DNA from: a virus
Taxonomy: Duplodnaviria > Caudoviricetes
DNA: 46,001 nucleotides
IMG/VR virus record: IMGVR_UViG_3300009436_000036
Span: 1 to 46,001 of that record
Reading direction: 5' to 3' (one strand)
Made by a program: the position numbers and the translations under genes. The notes below the pieces were generated by a model. It did not search any database. It saw only the letters and a list, made by a program, of their open reading frames with translations, and had not been told where the DNA came from. Shown piece by piece: positions 27,102 to 35,881 of the stretch. The number at the start of each line of letters is the position of its first letter. Within the stretch, counting starts at the first letter, position 1.

Positions 27102-28409
27102 ATGACTCAGTCAAACTATCAGCAACTGGTAGAAAAATGGGGTCCAGTTTTGGAACACGCATCTTTCGCACCAATTTCAGACAACCACAAGAAAAGCGTA
27201 ACAGCTACTATTCTTGAAAACACAGAGAAAGCTCTCATGGAATCAGGCGACACGTCTGCTAACATGTCTGGTTTCTTAGCAGAAACTGCGGCTAACGATG
27301 CGGGTACAGGCGGCTTCGGCGGTTCATCCACAGCGGCTGGTCCAACAGCAGGTTATGACCCTGTATTAATTTCACTAGTACGTCGTGCGATGCCAAATCT
27401 AATCGCATATGACATTGCTGGTGTTCAGCCAATGACAGGTCCAACAGGCTTGATCTTTGCAATGCGCTCTCGCGTAACTAGCCAAGCTGGTGGCGAAGTG
27501 TTCTACAACGAAGCAGATACTGATTTCTCAGGTGATGGTACACATGCTAACGCATTGGGTGCAGGATCAGAAACAACTGGTACTGGTATGGGTACAACTG
27601 AAGCAGAAGCTTTGGGTGACGGAAACGGTACAGATTTCGCAGAAATGGCTTTCTCAATTGAAAAAGTTACTGTTGCGGCAAAATCTCGTGCGTTGAAAGC
27701 AGAGTACACAACTGAACTAGCACAAGACTTGAAAGCTGTTCACGGTCTTGACGCGGAAACAGAACTTGCAAACATCTTGCAGTCTGAAATCCTCGTTGAA
27801 ATCAACCGCGAATTGGTTCGTACAATCTACACGAACGCTAAAGCGGGTGCAGTAGCTACTGCGGTTGCAGGTACTTTCGATCTTGACGTAGACGCAAATG
27901 GTCGTTGGTCAGTTGAGAAGTTCAAAGGTCTTATGTTCCAAATCGAGCAAGAAGCTAACGCTATTGCTAAAGGCACAAGACGTGGTAAAGGTAACATGGT
28001 TATCTGTTCATCTGATGTTGCATCCGCACTTCAAATGGCAGGTGTACTAGATTACACACCAGCGCTTAACAGCAACTCTTTGAACGTAGATGACACAGGC
28101 AACACATTTGCTGGTGTTCTTAACGGACGTTACAAAGTGTATATCGATCCATATGCAGGTGCTAACTATCTCGTAGTAGGCTATAAAGGTTCTTCATCTT
28201 TCGATGCAGGTCTATTCTATTGCCCATACGTACCGTTGCAAATGGTTCGTGCAGTTGGTGAGAATTCCTTCCAGCCAAAAATCGGCTTTAAGACTCGCTA
28301 CGGCATGGTTTCTAACCCATATGCACAAGGTGCTACTCAAGGTAACGGCGCACTTACAGCCAATACTAACGAATACTACCGTCGCGTAAAAGTAACTAAC
28401 TTGTTCTAA
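27102..28409 (+). CDS. gp23: Major capsid protein gp23
   Basis: LVEKWGPVL..PVLISLVRRAMPNLIAYDIAGVQPMTGPTGLIFAMR..YCPYVPL..KIGFKTRYG. Confidence 0.97.
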   Translation: MTQSNYQQLVEKWGPVLEHASFAPISDNHKKSVTATILENTEKALMESGDTSANMSGFLAETAANDAGTGGFGGSSTAAGPTAGYDPVLISLVRRAMPNLIAYDIAGVQPMTGPTGLIFAMRSRVTSQAGGEVFYNEADTDFSGDGTHANALGAGSETTGTGMGTTEAEALGDGNGTDFAEMAFSIEKVTVAAKSRALKAEYTTELAQDLKAVHGLDAETELANILQSEILVEINRELVRTIYTNAKAGAVATAVAGTFDLDVDANGRWSVEKFKGLMFQIEQEANAIAKGTRRGKGNMVICSSDVASALQMAGVLDYTPALNSNSLNVDDTGNTFAGVLNGRYKVYIDPYAGANYLVVGYKGSSSFDAGLFYCPYVPLQMVRAVGENSFQPKIGFKTRYGMVSNPYAQGATQGNGALTANTNEYYRRVKVTNLF

Positions 28410-28440
28410 GAATAAGATATCGGTTAACGATACAAACTTT

Positions 28441-28470
28441 AAGGGGAGCCTTCGGGCTTCCCTTTTTTTT
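28441..28470 (+). terminator. Rho-independent terminator with cUUCGg loop
   Basis: GGGAGCC-TTCG-GGCTTCC followed by a T-tract, directly after gp23. Confidence 0.9.
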
Positions 28471-28495
28471 GTTAAATTTTATGAGGAGTGTGTTT

Positions 28496-28711
28496 ATGAC
28501 TATCGAAGAACTCAAGAAAATAAACGAAGTGTTCTATGCTGTTAAGGGTCACTTATTTCCTACTGGATATAGCCTACATGAAATGCGTGTTGTATACGAC
28601 AGTTACTTCAAACGTCTTTGGAACAACCACGAAAGACTACCTACTTGTAGAGAAGATTTCGAAAAGGTTTGGGAAACCAGAACAACTTGGCTTCACGACA
28701 TAGAAGACTAA
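28496..28711 (+). CDS. Hypothetical protein
   Basis: ATG 28496 behind GAGGAG; the listed 28469 start lies in the terminator. Confidence 0.6.
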   Translation: MTIEELKKINEVFYAVKGHLFPTGYSLHEMRVVYDSYFKRLWNNHERLPTCREDFEKVWETRTTWLHDIED

Positions 28712-29472
28712 GCTAAGTAATCTGCTAATCTGTCAGCTTTGTTAACGAAGTCATCGTATGCATCTTCAACCTTTTGTTGGTTGTAGAAGAAATACTTGTG
28801 TATTCTTTGCCAAATACTTTTCTCTACCATAGAATAGCCAAACGAAAATACGATACACTCGTAATGTGTGTAGTTTCTACAGGTTTGCACATTCCAAAAC
28901 CTAGTTAAATCTAAATCAGTATATGGTTTTTGTCTTCTTCGCTGTTGGGGTGCTTCATTATATAACTGATCATCAAATACAATGTGAAGTGTAACTCCAC
29001 CATCAGACCACCAAGGAACATCTTTACAGGGTCTTTCTACGGTATTAATGGCATTGTCATACCAATGTATATCACAATTAAGTTTATTCATTTCAGAAAC
29101 AAATTCTTGCTTTTGTTCTGTATTATTAAACACAACACCAATATATCGATGTTTTGAATCATCATGACCTTGGCAACTCGTAAAGGTTAGATATCCTTTT
29201 TTGTGCAAAGCACGAACACCATCCTTAACTCGTGGCTCAAGGTTGTCTTCTATTATATCGGAATATTGACTTACGAAACTGCTTACATAATTGCCATCTT
29301 CATCTTTAAAGCAGTATGTTCTACCACCAATCAAATGATCGTTACCCTTTACGAACATGGCGTACCTATGACCATCCTCTGCATTCTTGAACATAGGTTC
29401 TTTTTGTTCTTGCTGATATTGGTGATAGTAGGGTACTACAATTTCATATTGGCTTTTCAATAGGTTCTCCAT
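28708..29472 (-). CDS. Hypothetical protein with TSCQGH motif
   Basis: 254 aa ORF; CATAAATA on minus strand at 29499-29506. Confidence 0.6.
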   Translation of the reverse strand: MENLLKSQYEIVVPYYHQYQQEQKEPMFKNAEDGHRYAMFVKGNDHLIGGRTYCFKDEDGNYVSSFVSQYSDIIEDNLEPRVKDGVRALHKKGYLTFTSCQGHDDSKHRYIGVVFNNTEQKQEFVSEMNKLNCDIHWYDNAINTVERPCKDVPWWSDGGVTLHIVFDDQLYNEAPQQRRRQKPYTDLDLTRFWNVQTCRNYTHYECIVFSFGYSMVEKSIWQRIHKYFFYNQQKVEDAYDDFVNKADRLADYLA

Positions 29473-29475
29473 AGC

Positions 29476-29502
29476 AATAAAGGGGCTTGACGCCCCCTTA
29501 TT
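29476..29502. terminator. Hairpin/terminator downstream of the GapR-like gene
   Basis: AATAAAGGGGC-TTGAC-GCCCCCTTATT inverted repeat. Confidence 0.6.
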
Positions 29503-29521
29503 TATGTGTTATTCTGAAAGT

Positions 29522-29803
29522 TTACATGCCTAGTGCTGACATATACATTTCTGTAACAGCATTTTCGTTATCAACGTCGTCACGATTACGTTTGCGGATT
29601 GCCACGATTTTACGGATAATCTTAGCTTCATACCCACGAGATTTTGCTTCTTGCAACACTTCTTTTGTGCTATCAGCAATACCCGCTTTCTCAGCATCAA
29701 GGGTTTCTACACGCTCTACAAAAGATCGCAATTCTTCAGCGGTTACCTTATACACTTCTTGTGATGAGTCAGATAAGATAGTTTCTGTTGTGCCGTTATT
29801 CAT
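29522..29803 (-). CDS. GapR / DUF2312 family DNA-binding protein
   Basis: ELRSFVERVETL..EK..I....KEV..EAKSRGY..KIIRKIVAIRK...E......Y..ALGM. Confidence 0.85.
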   Translation of the reverse strand: MNNGTTETILSDSSQEVYKVTAEELRSFVERVETLDAEKAGIADSTKEVLQEAKSRGYEAKIIRKIVAIRKRNRDDVDNENAVTEMYMSALGM

Positions 29804-30120
29804 TATGTATTCCTTTTCAAGTTATAGTATTTGTAATAGGTCTGTTTGACCTTATCTAATTCTGGATGTCGATGTATCCATTGTCCAGTTGAAGGATTAA
29901 ATTGTTCTCTAAAGAACCTATCCATCACTTCATTACCAGTGTCTATAGACGTATCGACTTCCAGACATTTCTTATCAAACTCAGCATCTGACATTATCTC
30001 AGAGTTTTCTATCTCGTAAGCATATGCGGCTATACAGAGTTTGATGCGAAGGTGCGTCTGCTTTTCGACAGGCGCACCCCATTTTGGTTTCTCCTCTTCG
30101 AAGAACGCTTCTAAAGACAT
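29803..30120 (-). CDS. Stand-alone NAD-ligase domain Ia-like protein
   Basis: AYAYEIENSEIMSDAEFDK resembles LigA Ia YY..D.P.ISDAEYD; likely start ATG 30120. Confidence 0.55.
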   Translation of the reverse strand: MSLEAFFEEEKPKWGAPVEKQTHLRIKLCIAAYAYEIENSEIMSDAEFDKKCLEVDTSIDTGNEVMDRFFREQFNPSTGQWIHRHPELDKVKQTYYKYYNLKRNT

Positions 30121-30353
30121 TATCCCCCTACTGTTTTGATATGATCTTCTACAGACCAGTCGAACCACGATGATGCCAAAGCACTCTGCTTTGTTTCTTG
30201 AATGAATGCGCCCATCTTATCCCAGATTTCTTTCTTCACCATATCCCAGTCGATACCGTGAATATCCTTTTCAAAGTTTTCGCTGTTCCAAACAGCAACA
30301 TTAAAGGCTTTGTTCATTTCACAAAGAAGTTCTTGTTGATTTGATTTATACAT
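30120..30353 (-). CDS. Hypothetical protein
   Basis: AGGAG RBS; coupled to the next gene. Confidence 0.6.
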   Translation of the reverse strand: MYKSNQQELLCEMNKAFNVAVWNSENFEKDIHGIDWDMVKKEIWDKMGAFIQETKQSALASSWFDWSVEDHIKTVGG

Positions 30354-30363
30354 ATCGTATCTC

Positions 30364-30564
30364 CTACCAATACTTTTCTACAGTTACAGACCAATGAGGC
30401 TCTTGCCACTGTTCACCAGTGACAGAATTGATACCGTCATTGAAAAAAGGACCTCGTACATAATAGTCTGCATTAGGCGCAGTATAACGAACGTTCGCAT
30501 AGCTATCTACTTCAGCTTGGGCGGCTTCTTTCGTTTCAAACACAAATGTTTCTTTCTTATGCAT
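30364..30564 (-). CDS. Hypothetical early protein
   Basis: Directly downstream of the early promoter at 30594-30622. Confidence 0.6.
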   Translation of the reverse strand: MHKKETFVFETKEAAQAEVDSYANVRYTAPNADYYVRGPFFNDGINSVTGEQWQEPHWSVTVEKYW

Positions 30565-30593
30565 CTCAGTATCTTTCTTGTTGTTACCTATAC

Positions 30594-30622
30594 TGTATAG
30601 CCTATGATTCGTGTGGTGTCAA
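30594..30622 (-). promoter_or_regulatory. Sigma70-type early promoter
   Basis: TTGACA-N17-TATACA with GAATC in the spacer. Confidence 0.65.
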
Positions 30623-30627
30623 CAGGT

Positions 30628-31590
30628 TTATATAAAAAAATCTTCTAAAGTTGTAGGTTTTTCGTACTGTGGAACTAAAGTACCGTCTGTTACTTGACGA
30701 TCAAAATTCATAATACGATCACCAAGCCACTTAACAACAGGAACTGTCATTCCATTCAGCATGTACAATTGCATATTAGATAGATCACAACCATCAAAAA
30801 AGTCAGTAGGGTAACCCTGTAGGGCTAAACGCTCATTAACAGCCAACTTACGTAGACCACCACTGTCTAGTACCAGATCAGTAAAGTCTTTGTAATCACG
30901 TTTCAAGATAGTAGATGCTACTCCTTTTTCGCCAAACTGGTCACTTCTTTGTCTAGTAAAGAAGGCAAATGGATATCCGTCTTTGCATCCCTGTTCAAAA
31001 TTCCAAGGGCGGCTTTCTTGGATATGTAAAGTTTTGGATTGGATTGCTTTGTCACTGCGCTCGACAAATCCGAATATATCGGCTCCTTCGGGGATTCCAT
31101 CACGGACTGCCAGAATGTAAACTCTACGTCTTCGCTGTGGGACTCCAAAGTATTGGCTGTCGCACATCGTCCAAGTCGCATCGTACCCGATTTCGGCAAG
31201 GTCTTGCAGAATGACATTAAGTCCTCTTGAAAGCAATGCGCTGACGTTTTCAATAACTGCATATTTTGGTTTTGTTTCATCAATTAATCTCCTAAATTCA
31301 CGCCAAAGGCCAGAACGTTCGCCTTCAATGATACCTTTGTTTTTACCAGCTATAGATATGTCTTGACACGGAAACCCACCACAGATCAAATCAAAGTCAA
31401 CCCCATCACGTTTAAGGTCTTCGCCAGTTACTGTTGTGACGTCACCATATATGGGAACCCCTTGCCAATTCTTTTTCAAAACACGTTTGGCGTATTCTTC
31501 GTATTCACAAAACGCAACAGTCTCCATGCCAGATTGTTCAAACCCTAGACTGTAGCCACCACTGCCACTGAATATATCGAATACCTTCAT
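30628..31590 (-). CDS. C5-cytosine DNA methyltransferase-family enzyme with atypical motif X
   Basis: FSGSGG (I), GGFPCQDIS (IV), IENV (VI), QRRRRVYI (VIII), ERLALQGYP (IX), LNGMTVPVV (X). Confidence 0.9.
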   Translation of the reverse strand: MKVFDIFSGSGGYSLGFEQSGMETVAFCEYEEYAKRVLKKNWQGVPIYGDVTTVTGEDLKRDGVDFDLICGGFPCQDISIAGKNKGIIEGERSGLWREFRRLIDETKPKYAVIENVSALLSRGLNVILQDLAEIGYDATWTMCDSQYFGVPQRRRRVYILAVRDGIPEGADIFGFVERSDKAIQSKTLHIQESRPWNFEQGCKDGYPFAFFTRQRSDQFGEKGVASTILKRDYKDFTDLVLDSGGLRKLAVNERLALQGYPTDFFDGCDLSNMQLYMLNGMTVPVVKWLGDRIMNFDRQVTDGTLVPQYEKPTTLEDFFI

Positions 31591-32252
31591 GCTTCGTTTC
31601 TTTCTATGATATAACCACCAAATTCACCATAGCGAAAAAATTCAGTGTATTTGTATGAACTAAAAAGAGTTTCTGGATTTATCGGACGCTGTACACCAGA
31701 CAAAGATAATTCTTTCTTTATGATATCGTCTGGTTTCGCGCCACTTTGCATCTTTGCTCTCAACGTAAGTCGAGAAAGCACGGTAGATACATACCCACCT
31801 GTGGGAATAGTTTTCTCTACTATAACCAAAGCACCATCATCTCTGAGACTGTCCATCATACGATCAAGCAATAAGTTTCGTCTGTGTGGTGGTATGAACA
31901 TCATTGTGAGAAACATTACACCAAAGTCAAACTCTTGAAATGAATGTTCTGTGGCATCTGCAACAATCACAGGATTGTCACCAGTGTACATATCAGCCAT
32001 CTGTTGGCTTTTCTCAATCGGAATAAAGTCTACGTTTCTCTCAATGAGAATAGACTTCAAGGTACGCTCTACATTACCTGTACTCGCACCAACATCATAA
32101 ACAGTACCCTGTTCTGGTATGTAGTGATTAGCTATTTGAGCAATAGCACTACTTACCATATCGTACCAAGGTAGTTGTTCGCGCACATGATCGTCAAAGT
32201 TGCTTGCAACCTTGACGTCATTAAATGTCCAGTTTGTGGGTATATCAATCAT
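31587..32252 (-). CDS. CmoA-like (carboxy-SAM synthase family) SAM-binding protein
   Basis: WTF...VASNFDDHVREQLPWY, VYDVGASTG, LTMMF.PP..R, LVIVEK; 4-nt ATGA overlap with the MTase; start probably 32252. Confidence 0.75.
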   Translation of the reverse strand: MIDIPTNWTFNDVKVASNFDDHVREQLPWYDMVSSAIAQIANHYIPEQGTVYDVGASTGNVERTLKSILIERNVDFIPIEKSQQMADMYTGDNPVIVADATEHSFQEFDFGVMFLTMMFIPPHRRNLLLDRMMDSLRDDGALVIVEKTIPTGGYVSTVLSRLTLRAKMQSGAKPDDIIKKELSLSGVQRPINPETLFSSYKYTEFFRYGEFGGYIIERNEA

Positions 32253-32275
32253 ATTTCCATACTTTCTTTTCATAC

Positions 32276-32304
32276 ATATTACATTATGATTGATATAATG
32301 TCAA
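32276..32304 (-). promoter_or_regulatory. Sigma70-type early promoter of the CmoA-like/MTase pair
   Basis: TTGACA (32304-32299)-N17-TAATAT (32281-32276). Confidence 0.65.
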
Positions 32305-32309
32305 CCTTT

Positions 32310-32933
32310 TTATTCGGCTTGTTTTTTTCGGCTGGCTTGTAGTTCTATCTGATCCTGTATAGTCGGTGTGATCACTTCCATCATGCTAATGTGGAGAGTT
32401 TCCCACAGTTCTTCTTGGAAGACATCTTCGGCTTCATCATCTACCCATTCTTCATCATCTGAATTCCATGAATCTTCATTTAGAATTTCAGAAGCTCCAA
32501 TGACAACTTCGCGGATTTCTTCGTAATCATATTCCAAACCATCAACTTGCACGGAACCCTCGAAAATAGCACAACCAACAAAGTTGGGACATTCATCTTC
32601 GTATGTAACAGAAGTGATAATGTCTGGATCGAATTCTTCTAGGATTTCCAAAAGTTTGGTAATACCTTCTTCTGGGTAACACCATGCGCTTGTTCCATTC
32701 ATGAAAGTTTCATCAAATTCTTCAAGGTAACACCACTTAGGTCCGATATTTGCAGTTGTCCATTCATACTTGCCTGTATCTTCATAAGTCAAGTCGCCTT
32801 CAACGAACATGTCACTAAACCATGCGTGACTGCTTTCTTCATTACGAATACGAGCATAAAGCTCTTTTAGTTTTGCTGTTGCGGCTTCGTTGATTTGATC
32901 AAAGTTTACCGTAAAGTTTACATAATTTGCCAT
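32310..32933 (-). CDS. Acidic hypothetical protein (YEW...NIGPKW..SAW, DUF1281/YubB-like)
   Basis: 207 aa ORF coupled by TAATG; the family resemblance is weak. Confidence 0.55.
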   Translation of the reverse strand: MANYVNFTVNFDQINEAATAKLKELYARIRNEESSHAWFSDMFVEGDLTYEDTGKYEWTTANIGPKWCYLEEFDETFMNGTSAWCYPEEGITKLLEILEEFDPDIITSVTYEDECPNFVGCAIFEGSVQVDGLEYDYEEIREVVIGASEILNEDSWNSDDEEWVDDEAEDVFQEELWETLHISMMEVITPTIQDQIELQASRKKQAE

Positions 32934-33340
32934 TATAATTTCCCCTCTTTTCTCATTTGTTTACGAATTTTAGTTGCAGAGATATTATGCACATTTTCAC
33001 CCAAGTCATGCTCAGTGAATGTGTATCCTACACCACGTCCATAGCTAATATCAACAATGTTAGGAACCTCTAAGATAAGGTACTGGTGACCGTTATGGAA
33101 GCCGTGTGGGGCTAGTCCTCTTTCGATGTTAGCAATGACGTCAATCATACCAAAGGGGTTGTCATCTTGCTCAGCAGTGCGCCCAGCGCCTGCGTCACCA
33201 TCGTAGTTGAATACGTCACGTACCATGATAACAACTTGTCCAGTGATAGCGTGAGCCTTCTTAAATAGCTCTGTATGACCATCGTGCCAAGGTTGCCAAC
33301 GTCCTAGCATTTGTACTGTTGGTTTCTTATAATCAAACAT
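32933..33340 (-). CDS. Cytidylyltransferase-like (HxGH) protein
   Basis: LGRWQPWHDGH..DNPF..YGRGVGY..ISATKIR. Confidence 0.8.
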   Translation of the reverse strand: MFDYKKPTVQMLGRWQPWHDGHTELFKKAHAITGQVVIMVRDVFNYDGDAGAGRTAEQDDNPFGMIDVIANIERGLAPHGFHNGHQYLILEVPNIVDISYGRGVGYTFTEHDLGENVHNISATKIRKQMRKEGKL

Positions 33341-33618
33341 TAAGCTCTAAGCTCCTTTGTTCTGAAGAAACCCTCAAACTCTGGGCAGTCATTCATCAGT
33401 TTTCTTGCGTAGTGAGCCGTATAGTTATTACTCAACTTAAAAGACTCCCCCACTGTTTCGATTTCTGAGTGCCAACGCATACGCTCAAAAATTGATTTGG
33501 CAGAATAGCTATTCTTTCCAGTATCTTTAACTTGCGTTGCGAACTTTTTGAATGCTTCAAACACATGTGGATTTTCACCATCAAATCTTTCGAAGTTTTG
33601 TTTAATTACGTCAACCAT
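33340..33618 (-). CDS. Conserved phage hypothetical protein
   Basis: ENPHVF..F...A...YSAKSIFERMRW..FKLSNNY..YAR; likely start 33618. Confidence 0.6.
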   Translation of the reverse strand: MVDVIKQNFERFDGENPHVFEAFKKFATQVKDTGKNSYSAKSIFERMRWHSEIETVGESFKLSNNYTAHYARKLMNDCPEFEGFFRTKELRA

Positions 33619-34064
33619 TACAGTTCTCCTTCCCATTTTTTTCCATCTTTAATTGCCACATATCGTTGCACTACTCTGTGCAAGACATCTGGGGTATTAG
33701 TAAACCATTTTTCTACATGATAGTCTACGTTCTCAGGTGGCTCAAACATATCATTCGTATCTTCAAATCTACCACGAGAAATAGTATCCATCCATACTGT
33801 AAAGTCTGGATTGAACTGTGATCTTGTTTCTTCTGTGGGGCAAACAAAGTCAGCTACTGCAACTCTATCTGCCATTACAATTCCATCTGATAAATGCTTC
33901 ATACGATTTGCTTGTCTGATGCGCCCTTCTGGCGAAAAGTCCCAATCGTTGTAGCTTGTTCGTATGATGTCAGCATTGACCCACACGCCCCCCAGAAGCT
34001 CTGCTAGGGGCTTTGCAAGGGTACTCTTGCCACTACCTGGCAGACCCATGATAAGTATCTTCAT
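33618..34064 (-). CDS. Adenylylsulfate kinase-like P-loop protein
   Basis: GLPGSGKSTLA, NAD.IR, DFS.EGR.RQ, ADFVCP, FEPP. Confidence 0.8.
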   Translation of the reverse strand: MKILIMGLPGSGKSTLAKPLAELLGGVWVNADIIRTSYNDWDFSPEGRIRQANRMKHLSDGIVMADRVAVADFVCPTEETRSQFNPDFTVWMDTISRGRFEDTNDMFEPPENVDYHVEKWFTNTPDVLHRVVQRYVAIKDGKKWEGEL

Positions 34065-34429
34065 TCGTCGTCTCCTTCGATGTCACCCAAGTTTACGTTA
34101 CTCATAGTGATAATAAGTGAAATTGCCACAACAAGAAGGTAAAGGGCAGAAAAACCCGAAACAAAAGTCCATCCTGCTACATAGAACATATAGACAGAAA
34201 ATGCTTGGGTCGCGTTGTGTAAAAGCTTCCAACTATCTGGGATGTGCTGAGCATACGCCAGTTCAACGTCCCAATTTGGGCTAAGAACTAAGACACATAC
34301 CTTGATGAATTGGAATAATGCGTATCCCATTACAGCCAAGTTTAAAAAGAGGTACGTTGTGTCACCAGTATTTTGGTATGCTATAGCGCCACCTAAGTGT
34401 GATGCCATAAAAAACATAGTATAATTCAT
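34061..34429 (-). CDS. Membrane protein
   Basis: Several hydrophobic segments. Confidence 0.6.
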   Translation of the reverse strand: MNYTMFFMASHLGGAIAYQNTGDTTYLFLNLAVMGYALFQFIKVCVLVLSPNWDVELAYAQHIPDSWKLLHNATQAFSVYMFYVAGWTFVSGFSALYLLVVAISLIITMSNVNLGDIEGDDE

Positions 34430-34472
34430 TTAATTTATTCCACGAATGATCATTAAAGGGTCTGTCCAAATT

Positions 34473-34496
34473 AGGAGTAGCCCTAAAGCTACCCCC
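34473..34496 (-). terminator. Hairpin after the DUF932 gene
   Basis: Minus strand GGGGTAGC-TTTAGG-GCTACTCC. Confidence 0.5.
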
Positions 34497-34517
34497 AGTA
34501 ATATTACATCTGTTACT

Positions 34518-35474
34518 TTAAGATGCATCAGCCATTTCCAATGCCAAGTCAAGTGCTTTAACTTTGCGGTTTGCATTATTACCAAACCAAGCAGAAGTCA
34601 TACGTGTATCAGCAGAACGTCCTAGCTCGTGATCAGCCATGTATGTCACTGCGTTGTAAGCATTCCACCATGTCCCTGGGCGAAAGTTGTCACCAGGTTG
34701 GTTCTCAGTTACTTCCATTGCACGACGTGCTGTAGTTGAAAGTGTCTGGTCTTCACGAGTAGACTCTCCGAAGATTTTGCCAAAGAACTTCTCAAGGGTT
34801 TCACGCTTGTAGTTGCGGCTACCAAGGAACTCAGCGGCTTCTTTGAATTGCTCTACTTTGTTGTGAGAAACACCAAGGATTTCTTTCACACGCTCTGGAT
34901 TGAACTGTGTACGGTGGTTGACACGCACAGAAGCTTGACGATCATCACTCAACGCTACTGCAAGAGTGTTGTTGCATACTACACGCTCCATCACAAATTT
35001 GATATCGATTGACTTACCGTACATATGTGGGTTTGAAAAGAGCAAGTAGCCTTTCACTTCGTCGCCATTAAAGAGTGAGAAACCGTCCTTCACATCAGCC
35101 ATAGCCCATACGATCTGTCCACCTTTAAGAGAACCCGCAGTGTCCATAGCCATATCACCGTTAGAAACAAACTCTGTGAAGAAGTCGAAAGCTTCTGGGT
35201 TCTGTACAGGGTTCCAGTTCTTACCTACTTGTGTTAGAACTTTACCGTCTGTCTCACGTACTAGTGCTTGTTGACCTGTAGCGATGTTGTCACCTTTGAA
35301 GCGGAAGTAGGTATTAACCTTCTCTACGCCCCAATTAAGATTGGCGGCTTCCATCATCTCTTGTGGTGACATGTCATCACCTACTGGTGTTCCTAGTCCA
35401 TGCCAAGGAAGACCGTTGCTTGCGCGATACGCCATTTGTGCTTCGCCGTTAATCATTTCAAGTTCGTGTGCCAT
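34518..35474 (-). CDS. DUF932-family protein
   Basis: MAHELE..PWHGLG..PVQN.EAFDFF..TAGSL.GG..RVVCNNTL..GTWWNAYNAVT. Confidence 0.85.
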   Translation of the reverse strand: MAHELEMINGEAQMAYRASNGLPWHGLGTPVGDDMSPQEMMEAANLNWGVEKVNTYFRFKGDNIATGQQALVRETDGKVLTQVGKNWNPVQNPEAFDFFTEFVSNGDMAMDTAGSLKGGQIVWAMADVKDGFSLFNGDEVKGYLLFSNPHMYGKSIDIKFVMERVVCNNTLAVALSDDRQASVRVNHRTQFNPERVKEILGVSHNKVEQFKEAAEFLGSRNYKRETLEKFFGKIFGESTREDQTLSTTARRAMEVTENQPGDNFRPGTWWNAYNAVTYMADHELGRSADTRMTSAWFGNNANRKVKALDLALEMADAS

Positions 35475-35520
35475 GATATAACCCTTTCAAGGTTTTAAGT
35501 TTGTTTTCATTACATATATT

Positions 35521-35548
35521 AATGTAACATAGTTTTTGTAGATGTCAA
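35521..35548 (-). promoter_or_regulatory. Sigma70-type early promoter
   Basis: TTGACA-N16-TACATT upstream of DUF932. Confidence 0.5.
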
Positions 35549-35799
35549 CTATAATTTTGTGATTGAGCAACAATTTCTTCAAACATGATTTTAGCGCCCA
35601 TGTCTGTTTCAAACATTTCTTCAGTCGCAAAGTCCATTGAAGAAGAGAAGTACAATTCATTGTTGTCGATGCCGTACTTATTGACCCAATACACACCGTC
35701 TTCTACAGTGTCGGCTCTACACTCTATTGAACCTTGGTCTGCACATTCAATGCTAAAAACAAGACCACTATTATCGGCTGAAACATAATTAATTGACAT
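35545..35799 (-). CDS. Hypothetical early protein
   Basis: Immediately downstream of promoter cassette copy 1. Confidence 0.6.
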   Translation of the reverse strand: MSINYVSADNSGLVFSIECADQGSIECRADTVEDGVYWVNKYGIDNNELYFSSSMDFATEEMFETDMGAKIMFEEIVAQSQNYS

Positions 35800-35804
35800 T
35801 TTTT

Positions 35805-35872
35805 TCTCTTTCGTTTGATTCTTAACTTACTCTTACTTTGTAACGAATCTATCAAACGTTGTCAACAACTTT
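35805..35872 (-). repeat. Early promoter cassette, copy 1 (68-bp direct repeat)
   Basis: TTGACA-N17-TACAAA with internal CGTTTGAT/ATCAAACG inverted repeat; 3 mismatches to 36545-36612. Confidence 0.85.
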
Positions 35873-35881
35873 TTTCAACTT

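Noticed and set aside
16401-28409. Introns or inteins in terminase, portal, sheath or capsid genes
   Set aside because: The ORFs are continuous, of normal length and lack intein terminal motifs.
28469-28495. Listed TTG start of the ORF after gp23
   Set aside because: It overlaps the terminator T-tract; ATG 28496 has a GAGGAG RBS.
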